A program made the position numbers and the translations under genes. The notes under the pieces were generated by a model that did not search any database, was not told where the DNA came from, and saw only the letters and a program-made list of their open reading frames with translations. From positions 870,001 through 902,000 of the forward strand of contig NZ_CP047960.1 of assembly GCF_014280195.1 (NCBI RefSeq): a DNA stretch of 32,000 nt. The letters run 5' to 3'. Position 1 is the stretch's first letter. Each line of letters opens with the position of its first letter. Of this stretch, positions 9,774-18,769 are shown in pieces. The stretch comes from Synechococcus sp. A15-24. Its GTDB lineage: Bacteria; Cyanobacteriota; Cyanobacteriia; PCC-6307; Cyanobiaceae.

Positions 9774-11257
9774 CCCTTCAGGGCTCCATTCAGATCCTCG
9801 TCGAACCGCGGCAACCGCCAGCTCCAGTTGCCTTCGCTGGTCCCTGGAGTGTTGAAGCGGGCGCTGTCGTCCAGATGCAGCAGATCCTGCAGCGGAGCCA
9901 TCACCAGTTCCGCTGGGGTGGCAAAGGCCATATCGAACAGATGCCAGGCCGGAGCCTCAACAGGCCCGTTGACCCGACTGGCGATGCGCTGCTTACTCGC
10001 ATCATCGAGTTTGTTCCACCAGCCCAGAGTGGTGGGGTTATCATGGGTACCAGTGTAAACCACCCAGCTGCTGCCTTGGATGTTTTCGGGCAGATAGGGG
10101 TTGTCCTGCATGCCATCGAAGGCGAACTGCAGCACCTTCATCCCCGGCAGCCGGAAGCCATCCCTGAGGGCTTCCACATCGGGAGTGATCACCCCAAGGT
10201 CTTCAGCGATCAAGGGCAGGGCACCGCCACCATCCCGCTGCAGCTTGCTCAGCAGGGACCGACCGGGAGAAGGCTGCCAGCTGCCGTTCTGCGCTGTGGT
10301 GTCGCCGCCTGGCACGGCCCAGTAGCCGGCAAGGGCGCGGAAGTGGTCGAGCCGAAGCAGATCCGCCAATTGCCGCTGCCGGGCGATGCGATGCCTCCAC
10401 CAACCGAAGCGGGTGAGTCGGTGACGGCCCCAGCGGTACACCGGGGATCCCCACAGCTGTCCCGTCTCGGAAAAGTAATCGGGGGGAACACCGCTTTGGG
10501 TGGTGAGTTCGCCGTTCTCCTTGATGGTGAACAGGGCGCGGTGGCTCCAGACATCGGCACTGTCGGCGCTCACATAAAAGGGCAGATCGCCGAAGACCAG
10601 CACCCCGCGCTCCTTTGCCAGCGTTCGGATGGCCTGCCATTGGCGGTCCAGGTGCCACTGGACCAACTTCACCTGCAGCAACGCCTCGCCGTGGCCGTCG
10701 CACCAGCGTTGAAGCGCTCTCTCCCGATGCGTCGCCAGGGGTGCGGGCCAGCTCCACCAGGCGTCCTGGTGTTGATCATGCAGAACGCTGTAACGGGCGT
10801 GGTCCTCCAGCCAGGCCTGTACTTCGCACCAGGAGCGGAAGGCTTCCTGGCGCTCCTGGTTCTGACTGGGCCAGCGGCTCAACAGGGCCGTGGCCAGCGC
10901 CTGACTGCGTTGGTTGGCCAGCGCAAAATCCACCCTGTCAACGCCTTCAGAGGCGGCGTCGGCGCCGGGGAGCGTTTCCTGGTCCTCGCCGCTGATGAAC
11001 CCTTCCGCCGTCAGATCCGCTGCATCCAGCAGCCAGGGGTTCAGCGCAAAACAGGAAGGTGAGCTGTACGGGGAGCCGGTGGGATCCGGAGGTGCCAGCG
11101 GCAGGATCTGCCAGACCCCGATGTTGTTGTCCGCCAGTTGATGAACCCAGCGGCGGCAGGGTTCGCCGAAGCTGCCGCAGACCGGGCTGCCGGGGAGCGC
11201 GGTGGGATGGAGCAGAACCCCTGTGCTGCGAGGACGCGGTGCTGTGGGCTGATCCAT
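9701..11257 (-). CDS. malQ: 4-alpha-glucanotransferase (amylomaltase)
   Basis: GVLLHPTALPG...GVWQILPL N-terminus, LRLDHFRAL, LIAEDLGVITPDVEALR and YTGTHDNPT are GH77 signatures. Confidence 0.9.
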   Translation of the reverse strand: MDQPTAPRPRSTGVLLHPTALPGSPVCGSFGEPCRRWVHQLADNNIGVWQILPLAPPDPTGSPYSSPSCFALNPWLLDAADLTAEGFISGEDQETLPGADAASEGVDRVDFALANQRSQALATALLSRWPSQNQERQEAFRSWCEVQAWLEDHARYSVLHDQHQDAWWSWPAPLATHRERALQRWCDGHGEALLQVKLVQWHLDRQWQAIRTLAKERGVLVFGDLPFYVSADSADVWSHRALFTIKENGELTTQSGVPPDYFSETGQLWGSPVYRWGRHRLTRFGWWRHRIARQRQLADLLRLDHFRALAGYWAVPGGDTTAQNGSWQPSPGRSLLSKLQRDGGGALPLIAEDLGVITPDVEALRDGFRLPGMKVLQFAFDGMQDNPYLPENIQGSSWVVYTGTHDNPTTLGWWNKLDDASKQRIASRVNGPVEAPAWHLFDMAFATPAELVMAPLQDLLHLDDSARFNTPGTSEGNWSWRLPRFDEDLNGALKGYGERGAVWGRSGAGAAALVASTR

Positions 11258-11290
11258 CGGATCTCCGATCTCACCAAAAGGATGGCCGCT

Positions 11291-12319
11291 TCAGAACAAG
11301 GCGGCATCCCCCAGGTCCTGACACGCCATGCCATCGCGCACCACCCGTTCAAAGAACTGTTCGAGGGTGTCGTTTCCATAGGAGGGGGTGGCATCGGCGT
11401 CATAGCACTGATGCTCGGGATCCCACACCAACATGGACTCAGCGGCGTAGTACCGCCCGATGCGTCCGAATTCGGCGGTGTCCTGAAGTCCGGGGAACAG
11501 TCGGGACAGTCCCTCCAGCAGAGCGATTGGACCGTCCATCAGGGCAATGGGGACCGAGAGCATGCGCGGAGGGCGCCCCAAGGCGCGGAACAGCATTTCT
11601 CCCTGTTGTTTGGCGCTGAGGGCTGGCCCTGGCCCGCCGATGGGCAGCACCTGATTGCGTTTGTCCTCATCCCGCAGGCAATCGGCCATGAAGCGGGCCA
11701 GGTCGGCTTCGCTGATCGGTTTGCAGCTGGCCAGTTCGCCGCCTCCGAACATCACATAGGGCCCCCCTTTGCGACAGCTTTCCACCTGCCCACCCAGACT
11801 TTTGAAGAAGGCGGTGGGCCGAACAATCGAATGGGTCATCTCCCCATCGGCCTGCAGTTCCGCTTCAAAGGCCAGTTTCGCCTTCTGGAATTCCAGCAGC
11901 GGTTTCTGCACGCAGATCGCCGAGAGCAGCACGTAGTGGGCCACACCAGCCCGTCGTCCCTCCCGGTAGGTGTTGAGGGTGGCCTGGTGGTCAATCGCCC
12001 AGGAGTCTTTTCGGCCTCCGGTGCGGGACGCCAGACAGGAGACCACCACATCCGTGGGTTGGTTGAAGGCCTCGGCAGCAAGGGAGGCGGGGTCGGTGAC
12101 GTCGCCAAAGCGGACCTCAGCGCCCTTGAGGTCGTTGATCACCTGCTCCTGGCTCTGGCGCCCCCCGATGCCACTGCGTTCGCGGGCAAAGGCGACCACC
12201 TGATAGCCCCGCTCCACCAGCTCGCGCACCACAAAGCGACCGATGTAGCCGGTGGCTCCGAACACCACCACCCGCACCTGTTCAGGCGGTCGGCTGCGGA
12301 AGTCATGACGCAGAGCCAT
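11291..12319 (-). CDS. bciA: 3,8-divinyl (proto)chlorophyllide a 8-vinyl reductase, plant/BciA type
   Basis: Near-collinear similarity, from memory, to plant DVR: VFGATGYIGRFVV, VVSCLASR.GG.KDSW.ID, LLSAICVQKPLLEFQ.AKL.FEAEL, IVRPTAFFKSLGGQVE, GRYYAAESML. Start taken at ATG 12319 (MALRHDF...) rather than the track start at 12427. Confidence 0.85.
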   Translation of the reverse strand: MALRHDFRSRPPEQVRVVVFGATGYIGRFVVRELVERGYQVVAFARERSGIGGRQSQEQVINDLKGAEVRFGDVTDPASLAAEAFNQPTDVVVSCLASRTGGRKDSWAIDHQATLNTYREGRRAGVAHYVLLSAICVQKPLLEFQKAKLAFEAELQADGEMTHSIVRPTAFFKSLGGQVESCRKGGPYVMFGGGELASCKPISEADLARFMADCLRDEDKRNQVLPIGGPGPALSAKQQGEMLFRALGRPPRMLSVPIALMDGPIALLEGLSRLFPGLQDTAEFGRIGRYYAAESMLVWDPEHQCYDADATPSYGNDTLEQFFERVVRDGMACQDLGDAALF

Positions 12320-12375
12320 GGTGCTCGGGACTGGACAACTGGGCGAAACTAGGCGCCGTAGCCCGCCTGGGGACG

Positions 12376-13335
12376 ATGACGCCCACCCAACCGAAGCGGT
12401 TGATGCCCTGGTTGGGTCGTCATCCACTGCGGACCGTTCTGCGACTCGCCGCTGCTGTGGTGGGCCTTGGTGCCACCGGTTGGCTGCTCAGCACGGTTTG
12501 GCCAGAGCCAGACCAGGTGGCCCGAACGGAGTCTCTCCCCGCCGACAACCCCACCAATCTGGCGCCCTTGCCTCTGGGACCAGTGACGCTGTTGGTGGTG
12601 GGTATAGACGCGGATCAGACCAACGATCCCGTGAACAATGCGGCGCCGCGGGGACGGGCCAACGCCGATGCCGTGATGGTGGTGCAGGTCGACGCCCAAC
12701 AGCCGCTGCGGGTGCTGCAGGTTCCGATCGAACTGGCCCTCCAGCTCCCCGGCCAGACGACGCCCATCAGGCTCGGTAGCCTCTGGCAAACAGGTGGTGT
12801 TGCCCTGCTGAGCGATGCGATCCGGGAACTGGTCGGTCTGCCGGCTGATCAACCGGACCGCTACGTGGTGGTTCCTCGGCGGGTGCTGCGCTCCCTCGTG
12901 GACGGCCTCGGGGATCTCGATGTGATCCTGAATGCCTCGTTCCAACGGACGGACAAGGCACAGAACTACACCGTCAATCTTCAGGCCGGCCGCCAGAGCC
13001 TCAACGGTGCTCAGGCTGAGCAGCTGGCGCGCTACCTCAAGGACCCTCTTGATGATCCCAACCGTCGCCTGCGGCAGCAGTCGCTGATCCGAGCCGTGGT
13101 GGAGCAGTTCAAAGGACCAGGGGTGATGGGCAAAATCCCTGGGTTGGTGGATGCAGCCGCCAGTGCTGTGGAGACCAACCTCTCCAAACCAGAGATGCTC
13201 AGCCTTGCGGCGGCTGTTCTGTCCAGTCCGTTGTCGGTGAAAGTTCAACAGCTGCCGTTGGCCAAGCGGGCCGGGAAGCAGGTGCTGCGTCAGATCAAGG
13301 CCGGTGAGCCCCAGCCCCTGTGGCCGCGGCTGTGA
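12376..13335 (+). CDS. LytR-CpsA-Psr (LCP) family cell-envelope protein
   Basis: N-terminal TM anchor, then LLVVGIDAD...RANADAVMVVQVD and later QSLNGAQAEQLARY, typical of the LCP domain. Confidence 0.8.
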   Translation: MTPTQPKRLMPWLGRHPLRTVLRLAAAVVGLGATGWLLSTVWPEPDQVARTESLPADNPTNLAPLPLGPVTLLVVGIDADQTNDPVNNAAPRGRANADAVMVVQVDAQQPLRVLQVPIELALQLPGQTTPIRLGSLWQTGGVALLSDAIRELVGLPADQPDRYVVVPRRVLRSLVDGLGDLDVILNASFQRTDKAQNYTVNLQAGRQSLNGAQAEQLARYLKDPLDDPNRRLRQQSLIRAVVEQFKGPGVMGKIPGLVDAAASAVETNLSKPEMLSLAAAVLSSPLSVKVQQLPLAKRAGKQVLRQIKAGEPQPLWPRL

Positions 13336-13825
13336 TGCTGCGTCGGCTCAGCTCCTGCACCAGATGATCGAGGGCAAGTTCCCGTTCAGGAACGCCGGCT
13401 GCAGGAATCCAGCCCATCCAGGGCAGACCATCCCGTCGGCGTTGCAGTCGGTTCCACTGTGATCCGATCTGGACCAGTCCGATGAGAGGCGCACCGAGTT
13501 GATGGCAGAGAGCGGCATAGGCCGCGGCTGCGCCAGCAACGCCACCTCCGGCCTCGCCCGCCACCATCAGCAGAATCGGTTGGCGCCAGTCGGCCAGGGC
13601 GTCAAGCCAGCAGCCCCCCTCCGGTCGTTGTCGCGCCGCATCTCCGCAGAAACGGATTAAGCCTTGCTGAGCCGATGGTCTCGACAGCGTTTGCTGCGGC
13701 GATTCGCCTTCGCTGATGTGGCTCAGCTCCAGTCCCCAGCGTTCTGCCAGGGCTGTGCAGGCCTCGCGCATCAACAGCTCCGGCAGGGGGCCTGCACCCA
13801 CCAACAGCGGAACACCTGTGGACAT
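13295..13825 (-). CDS. conserved hypothetical protein
   Basis: ORF with host-like codon bias. Start preferred at ATG 13825 (MSTGVPLLVGAGP...). No motif I can name. Confidence 0.5.
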   Translation of the reverse strand: MSTGVPLLVGAGPLPELLMREACTALAERWGLELSHISEGESPQQTLSRPSAQQGLIRFCGDAARQRPEGGCWLDALADWRQPILLMVAGEAGGGVAGAAAAYAALCHQLGAPLIGLVQIGSQWNRLQRRRDGLPWMGWIPAAGVPERELALDHLVQELSRRSITAAATGAGAHRP

Positions 13826-13881
13826 GGGGGTCCTGCTCACCACTACCATCGGATTACAGCAAACTTCGTCCCGCGGGCGCC

Positions 13882-14877
13882 GTGACCAGTTTTCTGACCG
13901 CAGCCCGCGCTGAACAGGAAAAGCTCACACCGGACACACGCCGGTTGCGCTTGTTCAGCGGCACCTCCAATCCTGGGCTGGCCAGGGAGATCGCCGCGTA
14001 CCTCGGAGTTCCCGATGGCCCGCGGGTGTGCAAACGCTTCGCCGATGGCGAGCTCTATGTGCAGATCCAGGAGTCCATCCGGGGCTGCGATGTGTTTTTG
14101 ATCCAGCCCACCTGCGCTCCGGTGAACGATCACCTGATGGAGCTGCTGATCATGGTGGATGCCTGCCGTCGGGCATCAGCACGCCAGATCACGGCAGTGG
14201 TGCCGTATTACGGCTATGCCCGCGCCGACCGCAAGACGGCGGGGCGTGAATCAATCACCGCCAAGCTCACCGCCAACCTGTTGGTGAAATCCGGTGTGGA
14301 TCGGGTCCTGGCGATGGATCTGCACTCAGCTCAGATTCAGGGTTACTTCGACATCCCCTGTGATCACATCTATGGCTCACCGGTGCTGGTGGATTACCTC
14401 TCCACGCAGAACCTCGGCGACATTGTGGTGGTGTCACCGGATGTGGGCGGTGTGGCCCGGGCCAGGGCCTTTGCCAAACAGATGAACGATGCGCCGTTGG
14501 CGATCATCGACAAGCGCCGCACGGGCCACAATCTGGCCGAAAGCCTCACGGTGATCGGCGACGTCTCCGGCCGTACGGCGATCCTGATCGACGACATGAT
14601 CGACACCGGTGGCACCATCTGCGCCGGGGCCAGGCTGCTGCGGCAGCAGGGGGCAAAACGGGTGATCGCCTCTGCCACCCATGCGGTTTTTTCACCCCCG
14701 GCCAGTGAACGCCTCTCGGCCGATGGACTGTTCGAGCAGGTGGTCGTGACCAACAGCATTCCGATCCAGCAGGAGCGAACCTTCCCTCAGCTTCAAGTGC
14801 TCTCCGTTGCCAACATGCTGGGCGAGGCCATCTGGCGCATACACGAGGAGAGTTCCGTCAGTTCGATGTTCCGTTAG
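13882..14877 (+). CDS. prs: ribose-phosphate pyrophosphokinase
   Basis: LRLFSGTSNPGLAREIA, VVPYYGYARADRK, DLHSAQIQGYFD and VVVSPDVGGVARA..DDMIDTGGT are canonical PRPP synthetase motifs. Confidence 0.95.
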   Translation: MTSFLTAARAEQEKLTPDTRRLRLFSGTSNPGLAREIAAYLGVPDGPRVCKRFADGELYVQIQESIRGCDVFLIQPTCAPVNDHLMELLIMVDACRRASARQITAVVPYYGYARADRKTAGRESITAKLTANLLVKSGVDRVLAMDLHSAQIQGYFDIPCDHIYGSPVLVDYLSTQNLGDIVVVSPDVGGVARARAFAKQMNDAPLAIIDKRRTGHNLAESLTVIGDVSGRTAILIDDMIDTGGTICAGARLLRQQGAKRVIASATHAVFSPPASERLSADGLFEQVVVTNSIPIQQERTFPQLQVLSVANMLGEAIWRIHEESSVSSMFR

Positions 14878-16003
14878 AGCATCCGGCCTGGTTCTGGGGC
14901 TGCTGCTGGCGTCGCCGGCTCTGGCGGAGTCGCGGCTTGAGCGGCTGCTGCCGCGACGCACAACCATGGGGGTGTGGCTGACCAACAGCCCCAGCAAGCT
15001 TTACTACAGCCGTGAGCGGATCAGGGCTGCATTGGATCAACTGCAGCAGGCCGGGTTCAATCGCGTGGTGCCCAATGTATGGAGCCGCGGCACTACGTTT
15101 CACCAAAGCCGCTTCGCACCGGTTGAGCCATCGCTCGAGAAGGCAGGTGTGGAGGTGGATCCGATCTGCACGTTGGCGGAGGAGGGCCGCAAGCGAGGCA
15201 TCAAGGTGATGCCCTGGTTTGAGTACGGCCTGATGGAACCGGCCGACGCCGCCGTTGTCCAAGAGCATCCCGAGTGGGTGTTGGCCAAAGCCGATGGTCA
15301 GCGCTGGATGGCGATGCATGGGGACCACCGCATGGCCTGGCTCAACCCGGCGCATCCGGAGGTGCGAGAACGGTTCATTGGCCTGGTCGTGGAGACGTTG
15401 AAGCGCTGTCCGATGGATGGTCTGCAGCTGGATGACCACTTCGCCTGGCCGGTGCAGTTCGGCTACGACCGTTACACCGTTGAGCTCTACCGGCAGCAGA
15501 CCGGATCAGCACCCCCGCGTGACCACTCCAACCGGATGTGGATGAGCTGGCGTCGCCGTCAGCTCATGGCGTTGCTGCGGGACTTGCGGGAGCGATTGAA
15601 GCAGGAGGATCTTTCCACAACGATCAGCCTGTCGCCGGGACCGTTTCGGCAGGCCTACAACCTTTGGCTTCAGGACTGGGAACTGTGGGCGCTGGGGGAG
15701 TTGATCGACGAGTTGGTTGTGCAGAACTACGCCTATTCCGTGAACGGGTTTGCCCGCGATCTCGACCAACCGGCGTTGCGCAAGGCCCGCGACTGGCGGA
15801 TCCCAACCCAGATCGGAATCCTGGCGGGGTTCGGACGACGCACCACGTCCATGGGCGATCTGGAGCAGAAGGTTCGCCTGGCCCGTGAACGCGGTTACGG
15901 CGTGATCTTCTTTTACTGGGAGGGCCTCTGGGGTCGGCATGTGCCGGAGACCAACCGCCAGCAACGCTTCGATTCCTTCCGGCTGCTGGGGTGTGAGGAC
16001 TGA
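14807..16003 (+). CDS. glycoside-hydrolase-like family 10 (DUF187/YngK-like) secreted protein
   Basis: Signal-like segment LVLGLLLASPALA, then RIRAALDQLQQAGFNRVVPNVWSRGTTFHQS... and DGLQLDDHFAWP, resembling the GHL10 TIM-barrel family. Start is uncertain: the track ATG lies 71 nt inside prs, and the next in-frame ATG is 14966. Confidence 0.7.
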   Translation: MPTCWARPSGAYTRRVPSVRCSVRASGLVLGLLLASPALAESRLERLLPRRTTMGVWLTNSPSKLYYSRERIRAALDQLQQAGFNRVVPNVWSRGTTFHQSRFAPVEPSLEKAGVEVDPICTLAEEGRKRGIKVMPWFEYGLMEPADAAVVQEHPEWVLAKADGQRWMAMHGDHRMAWLNPAHPEVRERFIGLVVETLKRCPMDGLQLDDHFAWPVQFGYDRYTVELYRQQTGSAPPRDHSNRMWMSWRRRQLMALLRDLRERLKQEDLSTTISLSPGPFRQAYNLWLQDWELWALGELIDELVVQNYAYSVNGFARDLDQPALRKARDWRIPTQIGILAGFGRRTTSMGDLEQKVRLARERGYGVIFFYWEGLWGRHVPETNRQQRFDSFRLLGCED

Positions 16004-16006
16004 GCC

Positions 16007-16240
16007 TTGACGGAGATCGAGCTCAACCGACTGCGCGCCAAGTTGCGGCGCCTGGTTTTCACCGAGGAGGCGATTGATCGCACTTTGCGCCGATTTCAGA
16101 GGGATCTGGAGACCTTTGCGTCCGCCAGCCGGATCATCGAGGGCCTTGAGCGTGAGAAACCGGAACAGCAGGTGCTGCAAGCCCTGGCCTGTGGCCTGAT
16201 CGCGGCTGTGTTGGGGGGGTGGTTCGCCACTGTTAGCTAG
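16007..16240 (+). CDS. small hypothetical protein with C-terminal TM span
   Basis: 77-aa ORF with a TTG start 4 nt after the upstream stop. Host-like codon bias. C-terminal hydrophobic tail LACGLIAAVLGGWFATV. Confidence 0.45.
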   Translation: MTEIELNRLRAKLRRLVFTEEAIDRTLRRFQRDLETFASASRIIEGLEREKPEQQVLQALACGLIAAVLGGWFATVS

Positions 16241-16264
16241 CTGATGCGTTGGTGCTGATGGCGA

Positions 16265-17041
16265 TCAGGGGCGTTTGAACAGCAGCAACCCCACACAGAG
16301 CACGCCAATCAAAGGGCCAGGGGGGAGATCCGCAGCAACCGCGAGCATCATGCCGCCGCCACAGAGCAGCAGGCCTGTTCCTGCAGAGCGCAACATCAGC
16401 CCCCGCAAGCTCAGGCAGCGATCCACGTGCACCAGCACCGGAGCACAGAGCAGGGCGATCACCAGCACGATGCCCACAGCTGTGATGGCGCTGATCACCA
16501 CGAGGGCAGTGATCACGATGGCAGTAAAACGAATTCTGGACACCGGCCTTTTGGCCGCGACGGCTCCATCGGGATCGACGCCGAGGAACACCAGATCTCT
16601 GTAAGACAGGCTCAGAAGCACCAGCAGCGCGACGGTTGCCACGGCGGTGCGAATCAGGTCTGCTTCGTTGGCGGCCAGAAGGTCGCCGAACAGCAGTGTT
16701 TCCAGATCAACCCGCGCCTGCAGCAAGGGCACCATCAGCACGCCAAGGGCGGTGAATCCGGCCAGAACAGTGTTCATGGCACCTTCTTCCCGGCCTTTGA
16801 AGCGTTGGTTGAGTTGTTCCGCCAACAGCGCCCCGAGCAGTCCGCTGATCAGGCCGCCGATGGTTGGATCGAGTTCGAAGGCCAGCGCGAGGATCAGGCC
16901 GGGCAAGACCGAATGGGCCATCAGATTGGCCAGCAGGATGCGCCGCTGGGTGATCAGCAGTGAGCCGGTCGCTGGGCAAATCAGCCCGATCAGCAGGGCC
17001 AGGATCAGCGGCGTCAGCCACCAGAGGTCGAGCTCAGCCAC
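16265..17041 (-). CDS. znuB: metal (Zn/Mn-type) ABC transporter permease, ABC-3 family
   Basis: Polytopic protein (about 8 TM spans) with ABC-3 family appearance. Overlaps the upstream ATPase gene by 8 nt. Confidence 0.8.
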   Translation of the reverse strand: MAELDLWWLTPLILALLIGLICPATGSLLITQRRILLANLMAHSVLPGLILALAFELDPTIGGLISGLLGALLAEQLNQRFKGREEGAMNTVLAGFTALGVLMVPLLQARVDLETLLFGDLLAANEADLIRTAVATVALLVLLSLSYRDLVFLGVDPDGAVAAKRPVSRIRFTAIVITALVVISAITAVGIVLVIALLCAPVLVHVDRCLSLRGLMLRSAGTGLLLCGGGMMLAVAADLPPGPLIGVLCVGLLLFKRP

Positions 17042-17744
17042 AGCAATGGCTCCCCATCAGGCAGGCCATGTCGTTGAGCTGGTCGCGCACCTCAGCGGGG
17101 GATCCCGCAGCAAGCACCTTGCGATCAAGAACGACGACACGGTCGTAGCTGTCGAGGGCGCTGCCCCAGTCGTGGCTGCTCACCAGAAGGGTCTGACCGG
17201 AGTTGGCCTGTTGGCGCAACACCCCGAGAAGGTGCTCACGGCTGGGGGGATCGATGGCACTGCAGGGTTCATCAAGCAACAGGACGTCGCTCTGCTGCAT
17301 CAAGGCTCTGGCCAGCAGCACCCGTTGCTGTTGGCCGCCGGAGAGCTGATTGAGACGCCGCCCCCGCATCTCCCCCATTCCAACCCGCTCCAGCAGGGTC
17401 TCGGCCGTTGTTGTGCCCTGGCTGTTGTTTCGTCCCTGGCTGTTGGGTTGTCCAAGCCTGACCATATCCTTCACGGTGATGGGAAAGGTCCAGTCGATGG
17501 CTGCCCTCTGGGGCATCAGGCCAATGCTGCCGCCGCATTCAAAGGTTCCTCCCGAAGGTTGGAGGCGGCCATGCAACAGATGCAGAAGCGTTGATTTGCC
17601 AGCGCCATTGGGGCCCACCAGTGCCGTCAGCGTGCCGGGCTGGAGCTCCAGGTCGACACGCTCCAGTGTTGATTTTGGGCCGTGGCTATAGCTGAGATCC
17701 CTGGCTGCGAGATGCCCCTTGATGGACGAATGAGGTTCTGTCAC
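17034..17744 (-). CDS. znuC: metal ABC transporter ATP-binding protein
   Basis: Walker A GPNGAGKST, signature LSGGQQQRVLLARAL, Walker B LLLDEP. GTG start. Confidence 0.85.
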   Translation of the reverse strand: MTEPHSSIKGHLAARDLSYSHGPKSTLERVDLELQPGTLTALVGPNGAGKSTLLHLLHGRLQPSGGTFECGGSIGLMPQRAAIDWTFPITVKDMVRLGQPNSQGRNNSQGTTTAETLLERVGMGEMRGRRLNQLSGGQQQRVLLARALMQQSDVLLLDEPCSAIDPPSREHLLGVLRQQANSGQTLLVSSHDWGSALDSYDRVVVLDRKVLAAGSPAEVRDQLNDMACLMGSHCCG

Positions 17745-17811
17745 AGCTGCGGTGGGTTCACTTCATCATGCGGTCGCGATTGGGTTGCGCCAACCCGTTG
17801 AACTGTAAAAA

Positions 17812-17826
17812 TGATAATCATTCTCA
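17812..17826. promoter_or_regulatory. Zur/Fur-family operator candidate in the znuC-znuA divergent intergenic region
   Basis: TGATAATCATTCTCA is a 7-1-7 near-palindrome with one mismatch to the TGATAATNATTATCA-type Zur box, recalled from cyanobacterial literature. It ends 11 nt upstream of the preferred znuA ATG (17837). Confidence 0.6.
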
Positions 17827-17836
17827 TTCGAGTGTC

Positions 17837-18757
17837 ATGGCGCGTCCTGCGCTTTCGGTCAAGGGTCTGGCGGTCGCCCTGGGCATTGTCTCGGGTTGTT
17901 CAGTCTCGGCGCAGGCGGCCCAGCCAAGCGTTGTGGCTGTGGATGGAACCCTGTGTGACATCACCCGAACGGTGGTGGGAGCGGCGGCGAAGGTCACCTG
18001 CCTGATCCCGCCGGGTGGTGATCCCCACGGCTATCGCCTCAAGCCCAGCGACCGGAAGGCCATCGCAACGTCGGCAGCAGTGGTTCACATCGGCTTTGGT
18101 CTCACCCCTGCAGCCGATGAGATCACCAGTCCTGGGTCTGTCGTGGCCGTTGGCGAACAGGCATTGCCGAATTACACGGGAAGCGACCCCCATGTCTGGC
18201 ATGACCCGGCCAACTCGGCCGCCATGGTGTCGGCACTGAGCTCTGCTCTGATTCCTGTCCTGCCCGCATCGGAAACAGAAGGTTTTAAAGAACGCGCGAC
18301 GGTAGCCATTGCTGTGTTTAACGACCTCAGCCGTTGGGGAGCCATTCAGTTTGAAAAGCTGCCTCAACCGCAGCGGGTGATCGTCACCGATCACAAGACC
18401 TACAGCCACTTGGCCGATCGCTACGGGGTGGATGAAATTGCCATGCTTGATAGCTACACCACTGGGGGTGTGCTGCGTCCCTCCAGCCTGCGCAGGATCA
18501 GCAAGGAGATCAAAGCTTCAGGCGCAAAGGTGATTTTCACGCCGTCGATTCCTCCGAGCAAAACGCTGCGCAGGATCAGCAGATCAACCGGATTGCCAAT
18601 TGCGCCCACACCACTAGTTGGTGAGGGAACAGCTGCCGGAGAAACAGCGATCTCCACGGCGACGATCAACATCTGCACGATGGTGCAAGGGCAGGGCGGG
18701 ACCTGTGATAAGGCCTCTGCTGAGGCCCTGAATGATCGTTGGCAGGCCATTCGTTAA
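17837..18757 (+). CDS. znuA: metal ABC transporter substrate-binding lipoprotein (TroA/ZnuA cluster-9 family)
   Basis: Lipobox LGIVSGC, metal-ligand motifs GGDPHGY and SDPHVWHDP, and VTDHKTYSHL. Start taken at ATG 17837; the track start at 17768 would put the operator inside the CDS. Metal specificity (Zn vs Mn) is not proven. Confidence 0.8.
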   Translation: MARPALSVKGLAVALGIVSGCSVSAQAAQPSVVAVDGTLCDITRTVVGAAAKVTCLIPPGGDPHGYRLKPSDRKAIATSAAVVHIGFGLTPAADEITSPGSVVAVGEQALPNYTGSDPHVWHDPANSAAMVSALSSALIPVLPASETEGFKERATVAIAVFNDLSRWGAIQFEKLPQPQRVIVTDHKTYSHLADRYGVDEIAMLDSYTTGGVLRPSSLRRISKEIKASGAKVIFTPSIPPSKTLRRISRSTGLPIAPTPLVGEGTAAGETAISTATINICTMVQGQGGTCDKASAEALNDRWQAIR

Positions 18758-18769
18758 TGCCTGCTTGAC

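Noticed and set aside
17782-17796. GGGTTG-CGC-CAACCC hairpin in the znuC-znuA spacer.
   Set aside because: It is a 6-bp stem with a 3-nt loop, too small and without a T-run to call a terminator or riboswitch element. It is probably incidental.
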